From a virus (lineage: Duplodnaviria > Caudoviricetes), in IMG/VR virus record IMGVR_UViG_3300033080_000004, positions 1 through 54,199 of that record: 54,199 bases of DNA, one strand, 5' to 3'. The notes beneath the pieces are model-generated. The model saw only the letters and a program-made list of their open reading frames with translations. It made no database searches and was not told the origin of the DNA. This document shows positions 40,290-50,334 of the stretch, one piece after another. Position 1 is the first letter of the stretch. Every line of letters begins with the position of its first letter. Both the position numbers and the translations under genes were made by a program.

Positions 40290-40637
40290 TTATGCAACCA
40301 GCGCATCCAAATCGTTAATCACGTAATCAGCAGCCACCATCGGATCGACCTTCTGATTTGGACTAAAGTGGAAATTCATCTTGCCAGTACGTGGATTGGC
40401 ACCCCGCGCGATCGCAATTTCGCTTACCTCAGTTTCAAACTGGCAAAACACCTCAAAACCATACATGCCAGTTTTTTCAATTTCAGGAATCCGAATATCC
40501 ATCATTCCCGATGTTGTTGGTAGTTGAAACCTAATCGATGTATCGCCATCGTATACTGGTAACTTCCTAACCGCGCCATTAGAAGTTAGCCAGTCAATTA
40601 CTTTTTTAGAGAACACTTTTTGTTTTGCCTGAGACAT
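40290..40637 (-). CDS. hypothetical protein
   Basis: Own promoter near 40689. Confidence 0.65.
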   Translation of the reverse strand: MSQAKQKVFSKKVIDWLTSNGAVRKLPVYDGDTSIRFQLPTTSGMMDIRIPEIEKTGMYGFEVFCQFETEVSEIAIARGANPRTGKMNFHFSPNQKVDPMVAADYVINDLDALVA

Positions 40638-40702
40638 AATTTTTTAGTTTAGTTGAACTTCTTTATATTATTCGATTAATTGCCATTCTGTCAACACCTA
40701 AT

Positions 40703-41056
40703 TTAGTTAATCGACTTAAGTTTCATACTGGTAACATTAACATCATCAGAGCAATACTGTGGCTTAACACCATCTAGATCCGATTGTTGCCACATCGCAT
40801 AACCAGAAAAATAATCAAACTCAACTTCTACTACTTCTTTGAAATACATCGTCCAGCCGTCACCCTCCCAGCCCGTTAATCTATTCGTAGTTAAGGTTTG
40901 AGCGTAAGCCTTGAGTCGCTTATTCATTTCGCGATCACTTGGTAAGTCATCCTCATCTCCAGTGAATCCAATCATTCCGCCATCAACATATTGTTGAAAG
41001 TATATAAGGGCGGTGCGGCGAGTAAATTCTGTTTCTTGCTGTTCCGTGAGTTCCAT
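40703..41056 (-). CDS. hypothetical protein
   Basis: Own promoter near 41111, AGGA RBS. Confidence 0.65.
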   Translation of the reverse strand: MELTEQQETEFTRRTALIYFQQYVDGGMIGFTGDEDDLPSDREMNKRLKAYAQTLTTNRLTGWEGDGWTMYFKEVVEVEFDYFSGYAMWQQSDLDGVKPQYCSDDVNVTSMKLKSIN

Positions 41057-41256
41057 TTGATTTATTCCTGATTGATTAACTTTCTATATATTAGTCAATT
41101 AATCGCTATCTGTCAATAGGTAAATCAAAACAAGTCCTTCTATGACTATTATTGAGTGGTTTGCAATAATTTGAGTTTTCTAAGCTAGAATAGAAGTATC
41201 AGCCCGCCAATGCTCTTGATATCCTGAAACTGGCGGGCGACCTATTAGGCGCAAAA

Positions 41257-41496
41257 ATGGACATCACTCACTATCCACACAAAGATCGCGATTCATGGCA
41301 TATCGCACCGCCAAATATCAGCATTGAGATTAACTTCTACGCGATCGCCGCTTGGTGCCTTGATTGGAATTTTGGTATTAACGCCTGTGGCGGAGAATTG
41401 ACGATCGCCTGTTTTGTGTTTCGTAAATGGTACGGATGCAACCGCTTTAGACTATCCTCGCCAACTTTTAATGTAGAACTAACTTTAATCACATGA
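41257..41496 (+). CDS. hypothetical protein
   Basis: Coupled to the next ORF. Confidence 0.5.
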   Translation: MDITHYPHKDRDSWHIAPPNISIEINFYAIAAWCLDWNFGINACGGELTIACFVFRKWYGCNRFRLSSPTFNVELTLIT

Positions 41497-41777
41497 ATTA
41501 CCACGAAGAACTTGAACGGTTAGAGATTTTAGAAAACAGACTCAAAGAAAGATTTACTCTTACCGAATACGACAGTATTAAGCCACCGATAACCAAAATG
41601 AAAAACAGGCTAGCTCGGAGAATATTTTGGCAGAAAGTAGATACCATTGTGGTTTGTATCGCTGGCGGCGCTGCCTTGGGTTGTTGGATCTCCATGACCA
41701 ACATAGGCGGTGTTATTGGTGGGATTTTAGCCGGAGTCTATGGCTACTACGTTGGTTTTGTGAAAAAGCTAAAATAA
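41493..41777 (+). CDS. small membrane protein
   Basis: Two C-terminal Gly-rich hydrophobic segments. Confidence 0.55.
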   Translation: MNYHEELERLEILENRLKERFTLTEYDSIKPPITKMKNRLARRIFWQKVDTIVVCIAGGAALGCWISMTNIGGVIGGILAGVYGYYVGFVKKLK

Positions 41778-41781
41778 TTGC

Positions 41782-42447
41782 ATGCCAATTCCCTCAGAAA
41801 TCTACAAACTTGAATCGCCCTCGGTAGTTCAGTTATTTGAACTTACTGGATATAACAATGCGGACATATTCAGGTTTACCAACGAACTAACCTGCACATG
41901 GCAAGGTAACGTATACCAACAAATCCCCTGCCAAGTCGAAGGCTTTGAGTACACCACAAGCGGCACATTGCCGCGCCCTAAAATCACTGTAAGCAACATT
42001 GATTACGTGGTAACACAGTTAATTCAAGACTATAACGAATTAATCGGCGCGAAGCTAACCCGTAAGCGCACACTCGCTAAATATCTTGACGGTCAACCGT
42101 TCGCTGATAACACACAGCAGTTTAATGATGATATATGGTTTGTTGATCGCAAGGTTGGTGAAAACGATGAATCAATCCAGTGGGAGTTAGTAAGCTCATT
42201 AGATCTAGAAGGGCTGCGACTGCCTAAGCGCGTTGTAATTAGTAATATTTGCGGATGGTTGCTATCTAGCGGTTATCGCGGCGCTGATTGTGGCTATACA
42301 GGCGCACCAGTCGCAACTAAAAATGATGTAGCGACCAGCGATCCGTTACTTGATAAATGTGGCGGTAGGATCGCGTCATGTAAACTGCGTTGGGGAGTTA
42401 ATGGCGAATTACCTATAGGATCTTTCCCCGCCGCGTCACGATATTAA
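41782..42447 (+). CDS. minor tail protein L (lambda gpL-like)
   Basis: G.LPRP.ITVSN, RKRTLAKYLD and the four Cys of C.W..YRG..CGY.G...DKC.....CKLR. Confidence 0.92.
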   Translation: MPIPSEIYKLESPSVVQLFELTGYNNADIFRFTNELTCTWQGNVYQQIPCQVEGFEYTTSGTLPRPKITVSNIDYVVTQLIQDYNELIGAKLTRKRTLAKYLDGQPFADNTQQFNDDIWFVDRKVGENDESIQWELVSSLDLEGLRLPKRVVISNICGWLLSSGYRGADCGYTGAPVATKNDVATSDPLLDKCGGRIASCKLRWGVNGELPIGSFPAASRY

Positions 42448-42506
42448 TTTGCTTGCATTACGGCGGCGATCGTGGTACATTATTTTTAGGAATTTATATA
42501 GAATTT

Positions 42507-44117
42507 ATGTCAGCAGAAAAAAATTTAGCTACCAAAATTGAAGAACTAAAAGCGTTTAGTGACGATATAATCGCTTACGGCAGAAAACTTGAAGATGGCA
42601 TCCGCGACACCGCGATCGCGCTTGAAGTTTACGAGCGATTTTACGATCATTTCCAACTACTGGAAGAAATCAAGACTCATCGGACTAAACCTGACTTGAT
42701 GCAGAAAGAATTGATCGCTGAATTAAATGAAGAGCGCAAAAGCCTGCAAACTCAAAACGACGAACTGATAGAGTCGTGTTTATCTTTTCAAGAATCAATA
42801 ACCATGTTACAACAAGAAAATGCTGAACTAAAAGCGGCATTATTAGTCAAGCCAAAAAGTGATGTTGAACTAAAAAATTCAGCTTACTATTTAACCAACA
42901 GCCATAGAATACTTGAAGACGGGATTCGTGAAACAGCGATCGCTTTTGGGGTTCATCAATCGCATTACAATAGTTTTGAGCTACTAGAAGAAATCAAATC
43001 CTATCGAACCAAGCAGAAAGAGCTTGTTGCTGAGTTGGAAGAGTCACTTGCTACTGAAAGTAAGAGATCCTTTCAACTGGCTCATGAAAATCACGAGATG
43101 GAAACATTACTTCTTAACACGGGTAAGCAGTCGTTTCAATATAGCGATCAACTCCGCGATCGCATTGCAGAATTAAAACTAGAAATAGGCAGGCTAACAG
43201 AACAAAACGCTGAACTAAAAGCCGGACTAGTAGCCGAGAGTCGCCAACTACAGGAACACATGGCAGGCCAAGACTTGCAATTGCTGCGCACCTCTGTTGT
43301 TGCCCTAGCTAAATCAACTCACGCAGCCGGAATACCGCTTAGCGGCACTTCTACGCCATTAGATTTTGTTAATTGGCTTACGGATTATTACAGGTGCATA
43401 GTCAAGCCAGTCAATGAGTTACAGGCTTTGGATAAAGCTAGTCTTGCTCGTAATTGGAGTGCTATTTTTGACGAGATTACGTCTTTAGCTGAAGTTATAG
43501 AACTACCCGATCGCCATGGCTCGACTGCATTTAGCGTCACCAATGCACTAGATTTACTTCAACGCATTACAGTCTATTGCAAGGCGGATCGCGGCAATCA
43601 CGCAAGTTTAACCAATACGATTAAGAATTGGGCTAACTCATTAGATCTTAATAGCGGCTGTTTTACCACTCTAGGGCTATTGAATGAGATTAAAGATTAT
43701 TATCGGATTGAAGACGAGGATCAATACGATGATGAGTGCGGCGATCGCGTTCCTGCTGAGAACGAAAATCTACAAGTAGAATTGGCTCGACTCAACCAAT
43801 CGCTGAGGTCTATTGAAAGCGCGATCGCTTCATGTAGCAGCTCTCTGGGAGTATATCATGTAGGACTTACTTCAATAGGATTGCTAAATGGAATTGAATG
43901 CACGTACAAGTCCACCGACTTAACCAAAGCGCTATCATACCTCAATCGCATCGCCACCGCGCTAGGGCTAGAAACGATTAGGCTTACGAGCTTTGAAGAT
44001 GTAGTGACTGCCGCAAAAGATACCGTAGTAGCGCGTCAATTGCTATTAGGCGTGATGAGGAGTTGCAGTCATGCCAGCTTAAGTTGCTTGAGTCCAACGA
44101 AGCTTACCAGTCGTTAG
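42507..44117 (+). CDS. coiled-coil repeat protein
   Basis: Repeated LEDGIR.TAIA...F.LLEEIK..RTK; ATG at 42507 preferred; may continue into 44063-44542. Confidence 0.65.
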   Translation: MSAEKNLATKIEELKAFSDDIIAYGRKLEDGIRDTAIALEVYERFYDHFQLLEEIKTHRTKPDLMQKELIAELNEERKSLQTQNDELIESCLSFQESITMLQQENAELKAALLVKPKSDVELKNSAYYLTNSHRILEDGIRETAIAFGVHQSHYNSFELLEEIKSYRTKQKELVAELEESLATESKRSFQLAHENHEMETLLLNTGKQSFQYSDQLRDRIAELKLEIGRLTEQNAELKAGLVAESRQLQEHMAGQDLQLLRTSVVALAKSTHAAGIPLSGTSTPLDFVNWLTDYYRCIVKPVNELQALDKASLARNWSAIFDEITSLAEVIELPDRHGSTAFSVTNALDLLQRITVYCKADRGNHASLTNTIKNWANSLDLNSGCFTTLGLLNEIKDYYRIEDEDQYDDECGDRVPAENENLQVELARLNQSLRSIESAIASCSSSLGVYHVGLTSIGLLNGIECTYKSTDLTKALSYLNRIATALGLETIRLTSFEDVVTAAKDTVVARQLLLGVMRSCSHASLSCLSPTKLTSR

Positions 44118-44542
44118 CTAATTCAGTGATAGATGCTGCCGATAAATTAGGGGTGTATGATGAAAATGTCAGCCCATGGCAGCTAGTCCACTTGGTTCGA
44201 TCGCACTGTGAGCAGCTTAAAACCGAGCGTGATAATGCGATCGTGAAGATTGGGGTAACCGAGACTAGCGATCCTCGTGGTTTTGTGGATGCTTGTTCTT
44301 GGGAAAAAGTAAAAGCAGAACGTGATGCGGCGATCGCCGAACTTAACGCAGTTAAGTCAACCATAACACCTACTCCAAACGCGCTAACTGATCTCCAAGT
44401 TCAACAAGTGCAATCGCTAATCCAAGACGCGATCAATTCGTATGCCTGCCAAGAAAACATTGACTTAGGCTTAGTCAACCAAGAGGTTTTAGGGTCACTT
44501 GGAAGAAAACAAGAATTAACAGGAGGTTTATTAAATCTTTAA
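44063..44542 (+). CDS. probable frameshifted continuation of the coiled-coil protein
   Basis: Frame open from 43997, no good start codon, same helical repeat style. Confidence 0.5.
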   Translation: MQSCQLKLLESNEAYQSLANSVIDAADKLGVYDENVSPWQLVHLVRSHCEQLKTERDNAIVKIGVTETSDPRGFVDACSWEKVKAERDAAIAELNAVKSTITPTPNALTDLQVQQVQSLIQDAINSYACQENIDLGLVNQEVLGSLGRKQELTGGLLNL

Positions 44543-44575
44543 TACTAGTACAACAATAATTTAAAGGAATACACC

Positions 44576-45259
44576 ATGAAACAAGATTATATTGGCGCTA
44601 CAGATTCAGCGCCTTGCGAGCAGCCAACAGTCGCGCAACCTGATACAATTCGGGAAACGCTTTTTGCCGGAATAGCCAGTAGAAGATCTGAGACCCTTTC
44701 AACCATTGCTAAGATTGTCCTTGGTGAGAACGCATTAAATGGCGGTATCAATCATGCAGAATTAATCAATGCGGTTCAGCGACTGGTAGATAACACTAAG
44801 ATCGTAACAAATGACCTATGGAGTGCCCCAAGAACTACCGACTCCGATCTCGCGCTTGCGGCTATGGCGCTAGGCAGTCAGGGTGGCCTTATCCATGAGA
44901 AAATCAATGAGCTTGCGGACGTTTACGAAATTGATCGCCGCGTTATTTATGATGGCGGGCTGCTTACTGAGATCACAAGAATGGCGACGCGATCGCAGGA
45001 CGAGCTTAGTCAACTCCGCTCACAAGAGCTACCTGATGGGCTACAGACTGCGATCGCCGAACTAGCTGATGTAATAGGAGTGGGATCATTGACTAACCCA
45101 TCTGAGCCGCCGTTAAAGTCTATTAAACGATTTATACCCTATTGCAAGGGGCTTCAATGCGCCGTTGAGCGGGGAAGAGAGGAAAAGAAAGAAAGGGAGT
45201 TAGTGGAGTCGCATCTAGCTCAGATTCTACGCAGAGTAATCGCTAAGACAAAAGACTAA
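44576..45259 (+). CDS. hypothetical helical protein
   Basis: AAGGA RBS; TAATG coupling to the next gene. Confidence 0.7.
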   Translation: MKQDYIGATDSAPCEQPTVAQPDTIRETLFAGIASRRSETLSTIAKIVLGENALNGGINHAELINAVQRLVDNTKIVTNDLWSAPRTTDSDLALAAMALGSQGGLIHEKINELADVYEIDRRVIYDGGLLTEITRMATRSQDELSQLRSQELPDGLQTAIAELADVIGVGSLTNPSEPPLKSIKRFIPYCKGLQCAVERGREEKKERELVESHLAQILRRVIAKTKD

Positions 45260-45984
45260 TGCTACTAGAAAACTTCCCATGGCGATCGCAAATCCAAGCG
45301 CTGGCACACGAATCGCCCGATCAAGAAATATGCGGATTTGTAGCAGGCGATCGCCTATTCCCGTCACCTAATATTAGCGATAAACCCGCGATTAGGTTTG
45401 CAACCGATCCGAGTGTATGGTACTTAGCCAATAATTACGCGCCAATTAGTTGCATTTACCATTCGCATGTTAATGATCGCTCTAACGTATTTAGCACTGA
45501 TGACGTTAAATTCATCAAGGAACAGGGAATACAAGCCTATTTATTCTGCTTACCCTATGGCCGCGAATGCTTCTACGATCCCGCCGAACAACTGCCATAC
45601 CTTAAGCGCCCATGGAATTATGGCTTAACCGATTGCTATGCCCTATTCCGCGACTACTACGCGCGGGAATTAGGCATAGAGCTTGATGATTTTGAGCGTG
45701 AGGATATCAAGGAGTGGGAATCGCCTAGCTGCAATAAGTTTGTGGATAATGCCGTTAACCAAGGCTTTAAGTGGTTAGGACAAGATGGTATTGCATTAAG
45801 AAATCATGACATGATTTTAATGCAGTACCTGTCGCCCAACCCCAATCATATTGCGGTTGTTTATGATGCAGATAAGTCGCTTATATTGCATCATCGGTTT
45901 GGCCGACTGTCAGAGATATCAGTTTATGGCAGCGACTTGCAGAAGAATACAACACATATTTATAGGCATGGGAGTTTGATCTAA
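45259..45984 (+). CDS. tail tip assembly protein K (JAB/MPN + NlpC/P60)
   Basis: EICG, YHSH...S..D, DCYAL.RDYY, PNHIAV, ILHH...RLS. Confidence 0.92.
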   Translation: MLLENFPWRSQIQALAHESPDQEICGFVAGDRLFPSPNISDKPAIRFATDPSVWYLANNYAPISCIYHSHVNDRSNVFSTDDVKFIKEQGIQAYLFCLPYGRECFYDPAEQLPYLKRPWNYGLTDCYALFRDYYARELGIELDDFEREDIKEWESPSCNKFVDNAVNQGFKWLGQDGIALRNHDMILMQYLSPNPNHIAVVYDADKSLILHHRFGRLSEISVYGSDLQKNTTHIYRHGSLI

Positions 45985-46199
45985 TGAATGTCAAGGAAGC
46001 ACTAGCAGTAGTCAAAAACGCACTAGAATCCGATGAGGATTATAGACAAGGATGGATCGCCAATATAGCGATGGCTCATAAAGATTGTGAGCGTTGGTAT
46101 AAACAAAAGACCGGTAAAACTTACCTTAATAGTCACGATAAGCACATTATTGCTAATAATGCGGCAGAACATTTTTTAACATTATTGTGCGGCAAATAA
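45984..46199 (+). CDS. hypothetical phage protein
   Basis: W.ANIAMA motif; TAATG coupling. Confidence 0.65.
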   Translation: MNVKEALAVVKNALESDEDYRQGWIANIAMAHKDCERWYKQKTGKTYLNSHDKHIIANNAAEHFLTLLCGK

Positions 46200-46407
46200 C
46201 AAAATGAATATAACTAATGCAAATATTGAGCTAAAAGATAAAATTGATACCGCTATCAGATCGCTATCCAACTGCGACTTGCAAGCGGTAAATATTCAAC
46301 CTGAATTAGATAATCTTCAGCGAGTGGCCGCAAGTATTAATTGGGCGGCTATTTTCAAGCCGTGGCCGCGTTAATAAAAAGCCCCTTTAGTTAGGGGCGA
46401 TCGCCCT

Positions 46408-46824
46408 TTAATCCCGCACCCACTCATCCCAATTGCTAACCGTTTCTGGCGATAGGATGATACCGAATGACTCGTGATCGCCCATTTGATAAAAATCATC
46501 CTCAAGAGCAAGCTGATACTCATCATCCCATCTATGCCATTTCCCTACATAACAAGTCTTACCGATTTGAACAGCTTCATCGAGTTCGTACTCAACTTTA
46601 TGTTTTTTGCACTCAAGAATAATATCCCCAATCTTGGTTATATACCTCTCAACAAACGGCTTCTTTGGATCGTTCGGATACCTTTCTAGGAGGTAAACGT
46701 GATCTCCCACCGAATAAGGAATAACTTCGGGCTGGCTAAGGCATTTAACAGCATCATCCTCTGTCTCGTACTCCGTGCCACAAATGGGGCATCCGTATCG
46801 CTCAATTTTAATTACGCTTAACAT
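46408..46824 (-). CDS. hypothetical protein with N-terminal Zn-finger-like motif
   Basis: CPICG.EY....A..C. Confidence 0.6.
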   Translation of the reverse strand: MLSVIKIERYGCPICGTEYETEDDAVKCLSQPEVIPYSVGDHVYLLERYPNDPKKPFVERYITKIGDIILECKKHKVEYELDEAVQIGKTCYVGKWHRWDDEYQLALEDDFYQMGDHESFGIILSPETVSNWDEWVRD

Positions 46825-46834
46825 AGTTTAACTC

Positions 46835-47206
46835 TTAATCTTCGTATTCATCATCCCAGTCGCAATCAGAATCCGGTAGCGTTTGTTCAAAATAATGATG
46901 TTGCTTGCCAACAGTTCGGGTATCCTGAAAGTTTGAGCAGGTCATCATTCGCAACCTTAACGCGATATTATTGCCCCTACCAAGCTGGTTGTATAACCAC
47001 CCTATGCAATGAGCATCATCGGTCTCGTGACACGCCATGATATTTAACGATCCCAACCCGTAGTTTTTATTGGGATCCGCGATCGCGCTTTTTAAAGCCT
47101 CATGCCGCTCCACAGAGTACCCATTAGGAATATCCATAGGATTGGTAGATACCTTCCAAGGGCATTTTTTACACTGTTTCGTTTGTTTCAGTTCCCAGTT
47201 CTTCAT
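46835..47206 (-). CDS. DUF6283-like Cys/His protein
   Basis: C..CPW...MACH......C.GWL. Confidence 0.6.
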   Translation of the reverse strand: MKNWELKQTKQCKKCPWKVSTNPMDIPNGYSVERHEALKSAIADPNKNYGLGSLNIMACHETDDAHCIGWLYNQLGRGNNIALRLRMMTCSNFQDTRTVGKQHHYFEQTLPDSDCDWDDEYED

Positions 47207-47412
47207 TACTCAAAATCCTCTTGTCTTACATTAAAATGGACTTTACCCTTACCGTTGCGAACTTCAAAAAGCACCGTATTACGGATTGAGTAAATCCGCG
47301 CGATCGTGCCAAGTACCGTTTGATCTCCAACTTTAAAAGCGTTCATTGATTTATCCCCGCGATTCATTACTTTTTAGGATAAGCGATTAACTCCAATTTG
47401 TCAATATCTAAA

Positions 47413-47712
47413 TTAATCTTCGTCCTTCCAGTCTCTTTGTCCCACATAGTCCTTACCGAATTGCAGTAAGTGGGGTAGCGATTCAGTGCATAATGATATT
47501 GAGTATTCTGGACTTCCATCTAAGCACTGATTGGACTGAAATCTTAAGAAGCATTCTGCATCTGATTTGTTTGAGAACACCGCGATCGCGCCGCTTGGAA
47601 AGATCTTAATTACACCATTGTCTATTTCGTCTTGATTGTAGTTATAGGTTACGTTAACAGAGTGGTGAGGTGTTTGTAGTTTGACTGTTTTGGTCTTTCT
47701 TGGTTTGTTCAT
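47413..47712 (-). CDS. hypothetical protein
   Basis: Own promoter near 47764. Confidence 0.6.
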   Translation of the reverse strand: MNKPRKTKTVKLQTPHHSVNVTYNYNQDEIDNGVIKIFPSGAIAVFSNKSDAECFLRFQSNQCLDGSPEYSISLCTESLPHLLQFGKDYVGQRDWKDED

Positions 47713-47833
47713 TTGACTTTCCCAATTGATTAACTTCTTTATACTAAACGATTAACCGTATATTGTCAATACCTAAATTAAAAATAAATAATCGCGTCGC
47801 TTAAGATCAAATAGGATTAACGCAGATAACAAC

Positions 47834-48532
47834 ATGTTTGACTCGATCTCATTTTCTGATGTTCACCTAGGATCGCCGTACTGCAATCTTGACCAGTTCC
47901 TGTTATTCCTAGAGCAGATACTATTTAATAAACTTGTAACTAAAAAGCTAGTTATCGTTGGTGATTTCATTGACTACACTTACATAACCAAGCACGGCTT
48001 AAAACACTGGGACGATAGGTGCGATCGCATTGTTGAGATGCTCACAGAACTAAGTTACCAGATTCCAGTGCATTACGTGTTAGGTAATCATGAAGCTGGC
48101 CACAACCCCATTCCAGATAGCAATATCCAGTACCATAATCCGATTTTTGTTGATGGCACTACGCTTTATACCCACGGCCATTTATTCAGCGATCGCGGCA
48201 GTGGTATATGGAAGCACATCTATAACTGGGGCTATGGATTGATTACGCCATTTGCCCGATGTTTAAAGCGATGGAATGTTGATTTGATTGCCCAGCTTAA
48301 AGCGTCTGATGAAGTTCAGGATTACATCTTGAAGTTCATCTATACACTGCTCACGTACTTAGGTGAACATTACCCGCAATGCAACGCGATTGTGACTGGA
48401 CATATTCATAATGCCCAAGTGTTAACCATTAATAAGACTACTTACGTTAACTGCGGTGACTGGGTAGACTCTCTAACCTATGTCACCGCAGTTGATGGAG
48501 TATTTGAAGTTAATGTGTGGGGCGATAACTAG
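47834..48532 (+). CDS. calcineurin-like metallophosphoesterase (LpxH-like)
   Basis: SDVHLG, GDFID, GNHE, HGH, GHIH, NCGDW. Confidence 0.9.
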   Translation: MFDSISFSDVHLGSPYCNLDQFLLFLEQILFNKLVTKKLVIVGDFIDYTYITKHGLKHWDDRCDRIVEMLTELSYQIPVHYVLGNHEAGHNPIPDSNIQYHNPIFVDGTTLYTHGHLFSDRGSGIWKHIYNWGYGLITPFARCLKRWNVDLIAQLKASDEVQDYILKFIYTLLTYLGEHYPQCNAIVTGHIHNAQVLTINKTTYVNCGDWVDSLTYVTAVDGVFEVNVWGDN

Positions 48533-48533
48533 A

Positions 48534-48803
48534 TTACGTGAGGCTGCGTAGGTCTTGTAACCACTCGTCAGTCATTTCTTGAGTCATGCGATCAAGTTCA
48601 GCTTGATTTAACCATTGCTGGATAGCTGCTTTATCCCTTTTCAAGAACAGTTTCGATTTATTACCAACGGCAACTCGCACCGTTTGATCGCCTATTAGCT
48701 CAAAACCCATCGCTTTTAGTTTTTGATCCCACTCTGATTCTTTCGCTTCTTTTATTGCTTCTGCTTTTTCATCAATTGAAAGATTTAATCTTAGTCTCAT
48801 CAC
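48534..48803 (-). CDS. hypothetical protein
   Basis: Own promoter near 48860, AGGAG RBS. Confidence 0.6.
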   Translation of the reverse strand: MMRLRLNLSIDEKAEAIKEAKESEWDQKLKAMGFELIGDQTVRVAVGNKSKLFLKRDKAAIQQWLNQAELDRMTQEMTDEWLQDLRSLT

Positions 48804-48932
48804 TCTACTCCTTTTTGCGACTTCTTTAACTTCTTTATATTATGCGATTAATTCTGTTTTGTCAATAGGTAAATCAAAAATAAATAGCGATCGCCTGAAA
48901 TTCTAAAATAAAAGAAATAACCATTAAAAATC

Positions 48933-49139
48933 ATGGCATTGAAATCTGACGCCGTTAAAACCGATTTAGGTGAATACCTAAATAAAGCCCGATTGAATGG
49001 CATTACCACCCTTTGCATCGCTATATTGAGTGAGCGCGAGTTTGCTATTTCACCAATGGAAGAAGGTGGTACTACCTTAAAGTTTGCTTTCGACAGTAAT
49101 ACTGTTCACTGCATTTCAGAAGAGCGGACTGGAGATTAA
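48933..49139 (+). CDS. hypothetical protein
   Basis: Follows a TAAAAT promoter motif. Confidence 0.5.
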   Translation: MALKSDAVKTDLGEYLNKARLNGITTLCIAILSEREFAISPMEEGGTTLKFAFDSNTVHCISEERTGD

Positions 49140-49232
49140 TTATGCAATTTGCAACCAAAGAAGATGAACAAAAGTTTTGTTTAGAGCTTGATAAATATCG
49201 TCTTCTACCTCAAATAATCACGGAGTAACGCC

Positions 49233-50042
49233 ATGCAAGTAAAAGCACTACAAGACACGTTTTTAAAGAAGTCCACACAGCCATCAACCGCGTTACCAGA
49301 TAACCAAAAGTCGCTGATTAAAAAAGATCAGAAGATTGATATTGAGTCGTTGATCGGCGATCGCATCCAATGCCATCAGCAAGTCAAGTTAAAGTGGGGC
49401 GCTGGCGATTGGTTTTTATTTTGCGATCATTTTAGCGGATGGACTCAATCAAAAGTCAACGCAAGTCAGTTTTTTGCAAGCGTTAGAGCATTATTCCAAG
49501 ACTTGACACAACCACAAGTAGACGGGTTTAATGCCATTCTGAGCTATTGGGAATCAAGCGCCTATACCGATAAGCGTTGGTTAGCTTATTGCCTCGCAAC
49601 CGCATGGCATGAAACTGGTACAGACATGCAACCGATCCGCGAAGGGTTTACCAAAACTAATGCGGGCGCGATCGCTGCTGTAACCGATATCTATAATCGC
49701 GGCATTATTGACGTTAATTATGCGCTACCCGAAAGCAATGGGAATAGCTACTATGGTCGTGGCCTTGTTCAGATAACATGGCCTGACAATTACCTACGAC
49801 TAGGTAAGGCGATCGGTCTTGGTAATCAACTGTATGATAATCCTGATTTAGCGCTAAACATGGATATAGCGGTAAAATTACTGTTCGTTGGTTCTGTTCA
49901 AGGGCTGTATACGTCCAAGAAATTATCGGATTACTTCAACGATACCAAGACTGACTGGTTTAACGCCCGCCGAATCATCAATGGCTTGGATAAGGCTGCG
50001 GATATTGAGCTTTATGCGCAGAAGTTTTTTAAATGCTTATAG
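49233..50042 (+). CDS. endolysin, GH19/lysozyme-like
   Basis: LATAWHET, YYGRGLVQITW.DNY, PDLAL, ARRIING.DKA; N-terminal DTFLKKS cyanobacterial module. Confidence 0.88.
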   Translation: MQVKALQDTFLKKSTQPSTALPDNQKSLIKKDQKIDIESLIGDRIQCHQQVKLKWGAGDWFLFCDHFSGWTQSKVNASQFFASVRALFQDLTQPQVDGFNAILSYWESSAYTDKRWLAYCLATAWHETGTDMQPIREGFTKTNAGAIAAVTDIYNRGIIDVNYALPESNGNSYYGRGLVQITWPDNYLRLGKAIGLGNQLYDNPDLALNMDIAVKLLFVGSVQGLYTSKKLSDYFNDTKTDWFNARRIINGLDKAADIELYAQKFFKCL

Positions 50043-50140
50043 GTAAGGCGGGATTTGAACCCGCAAGGGCTAACTGCCCAATTTCCGATTCTAACGGAAC
50101 CGAGGTCGCGATCCTCATAGCTACCAGCTACCACTTACCC
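50040..50140 (-). tRNA. atypical tRNA-like RNA (AGA anticodon, long variable arm, extra hairpin)
   Basis: GGGTAAG/CTTACCT acceptor, GCGGG-TTCAAAT-CCCGC T arm, TTCCG-TTAGAAT-CGGAA arm; promoter near 50258. Confidence 0.7.
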
Positions 50141-50334
50141 CTGCGCCAAGTAAAGCCTAGTCACTTTACGCTGAATTGAAGCCCTCCCAAAAAACTGCTT
50201 TTTGGTTATGCCACAGATTTATTGACGCCTATTCATATTAACCGATCGCCCTATTATTGTCAACCCCAAAACCAAAAGAAATACGATCGCCTTTAGGATT
50301 AAAATAGAATTACCTAACCTAAAATCAAAAAACC

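Noticed and set aside
41493-41777. Holin call
   Set aside because: Only hydrophobicity supports it, and it lies 7 kb from the endolysin.
42453-44542. Programmed frameshift between the two coiled-coil ORFs
   Set aside because: No canonical slippery heptamer in the overlap; a 2-nt indel in GCGCG explains it more simply.
50040-50140. Amber suppressor explaining the TAG at 53528, or stop-codon recoding
   Set aside because: The anticodon position reads AGA, not CTA, and many intact genes end in TAG.
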